Assembly: GCA_963706595.1 (NCBI GenBank)
Contig: OY970166.1
Coordinates: 3,520,001 to 3,584,000 of the forward strand
Reading direction: 5' to 3'
Length of the DNA: 64,000 nucleotides
Source: an uncultured cyanobacterium
GTDB taxonomy: Bacteria > Cyanobacteriota > Cyanobacteriia > Cyanobacteriales > Nostocaceae
Shown here: piece by piece, positions 62,878-64,000 of the stretch
How the letters are laid out: the number at the start of each line of letters is the position of its first letter
How positions within the stretch are numbered: position 1 is the stretch's first letter
Notes under the pieces: generated by a model
Database searches by the model: none
What the model was told of the DNA's origin: nothing
Seen by the model: the letters and a program-made list of their open reading frames with translations, nothing else
Position numbers and translations under genes: made by a program

Positions 62878-64000
62878 ATGAAATCTCAAGTAAACAGTAA
62901 GCCTAAAATTTTAGTTGTTGACGATGAACCCGACAACCTTGACTTGCTTTATCGCACTTTTTGTCGGGATTATCAGGTGCTGAGAGCCATTTCTGGACCT
63001 GCGGCCCTGGCTATGCTAGCGCAAGAAGGAGATGTCTCAGTGATCATCTCAGATCAGCGAATGCCGATTATGAGTGGGACAGAATTTTTAAGCCTGACAG
63101 CAACTCAATATCCCGATATTATTCGCATTATTCTAACTGGTTACACTGACGTTGAAGACCTAGTGGAGGCAATTAATGCTGGTAAGGTCTTTAAATATGT
63201 CACCAAACCCTGGGAATCAGAGGAACTCAAAGCTGTAGTCCGTCAAGCTCTAGATACTCACAATGTTCTCAAAGCCCGTACCCGCGAACTGACGCGTACC
63301 CTCCGCCAGGAATCACTGCTGAACGCGGTTACAAATACTATTCGCAGCGCCCTAGACTATCGGCAAATTTTACAAGCAATTGTCGATACAGTGGGTCAGA
63401 TGTTGGAGGTGGACGTTTGTCTTTTACGTCCGTTTCAAGATGGACAGTTGGTTAATGAAGGATTTATTTACCAGAAAGTTGCTGAATCGTCTCCCTCATC
63501 CTCTGTTTTGGCTCAAACTGTTTGGGAAACTCGCGAAATTCAGGTAATTTACGATGTAGCAGGTGATGCGCGCATTCAGGGGGAAACACCAGAACTGTGT
63601 CAACGAGTAGAAGCTTTTGCGACAGCAAATATTTGTTCTAGTTTAATTGTACCCCTGATTTGTCAGCAGGAATTGATGGCAGTGCTAGCGCTGCACCAGT
63701 GTGATCAACCCCGCATCTGGGACAAGGATGAGGTACAGCTGATATTAATGGTAGTGGATCAGGCAGCCTTAGCTTTATCTCAAGCCTATGCCTACGAGCA
63801 GGTCCGCGCCCTGGCCCAGAGAGAAGCCTTAATTAATACAATTACGACGGCAATTCGTTCTAGCTTAGACCCGGAAGATATATTTGCGGCTATTACGCAA
63901 CAATTGGGACAAGCCTTACAAGTCGATGGCTGTATGCTGTCTTTATGGGCAGAGGAAGATGAGTTTGTCTATTGTGTGGGCTTGTATGACAGTTCTGAAA
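62878..64000 (+). CDS. Receiver plus GAF domain signalling protein (partial, runs off the window; possibly SpoIIE-type phosphatase)
   Basis: KILVVDDEPDN, SDQRMP, YVTKPW, then GAF (IRSALD, LALHQCDQPRIW). Confidence 0.85.
   Translation, partial: MKSQVNSKPKILVVDDEPDNLDLLYRTFCRDYQVLRAISGPAALAMLAQEGDVSVIISDQRMPIMSGTEFLSLTATQYPDIIRIILTGYTDVEDLVEAINAGKVFKYVTKPWESEELKAVVRQALDTHNVLKARTRELTRTLRQESLLNAVTNTIRSALDYRQILQAIVDTVGQMLEVDVCLLRPFQDGQLVNEGFIYQKVAESSPSSSVLAQTVWETREIQVIYDVAGDARIQGETPELCQRVEAFATANICSSLIVPLICQQELMAVLALHQCDQPRIWDKDEVQLILMVVDQAALALSQAYAYEQVRALAQREALINTITTAIRSSLDPEDIFAAITQQLGQALQVDGCMLSLWAEEDEFVYCVGLYDSSE

Overview
Chromosomal window from a heterocyst-forming cyanobacterium (Nostocales): HIP1 (GCGATCGC) is frequent, there are many heptameric STRR repeats, and devH is present. 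Most of it is core genome: dapL, clpS, the sphR/sphS/phoU Pho locus, a porin, a GT2/GT-C glycosylation cluster, cofH, psb27, polA, devH, rbcR, trxC and ndhF1/ndhD1. A dense layer of mobile DNA sits on top of this. (1) A TnpB element (about 36964-38409) has no TnpA but carries an unannotated divergent 50-aa ribbon-helix-helix-like gene flanked by repeated GTGTACAA sites. (2) A precisely delimitable IS200/IS605-type tnpB-only element (42663-44012) splits an ABC substrate-binding gene. (3) An IS630 element sits inside a tandem array of five own-end MITEs that target a REP-like repeat and their own termini, between ndhF1 and ndhD1. (4) There are nested MITE/REP composites and small repeats inserted in frame into sphS and a Type IIG RM gene. 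Also present: a Yfr2-like sRNA with a consensus promoter, a candidate Pho box, a tandem cyanovirin-type lectin, a decayed ndhD1 duplicate, and five single-base frameshifts in conserved genes that are probably sequencing errors. No CRISPR array, tRNA or rRNA was seen. All family assignments are from motif recognition, not database searches.
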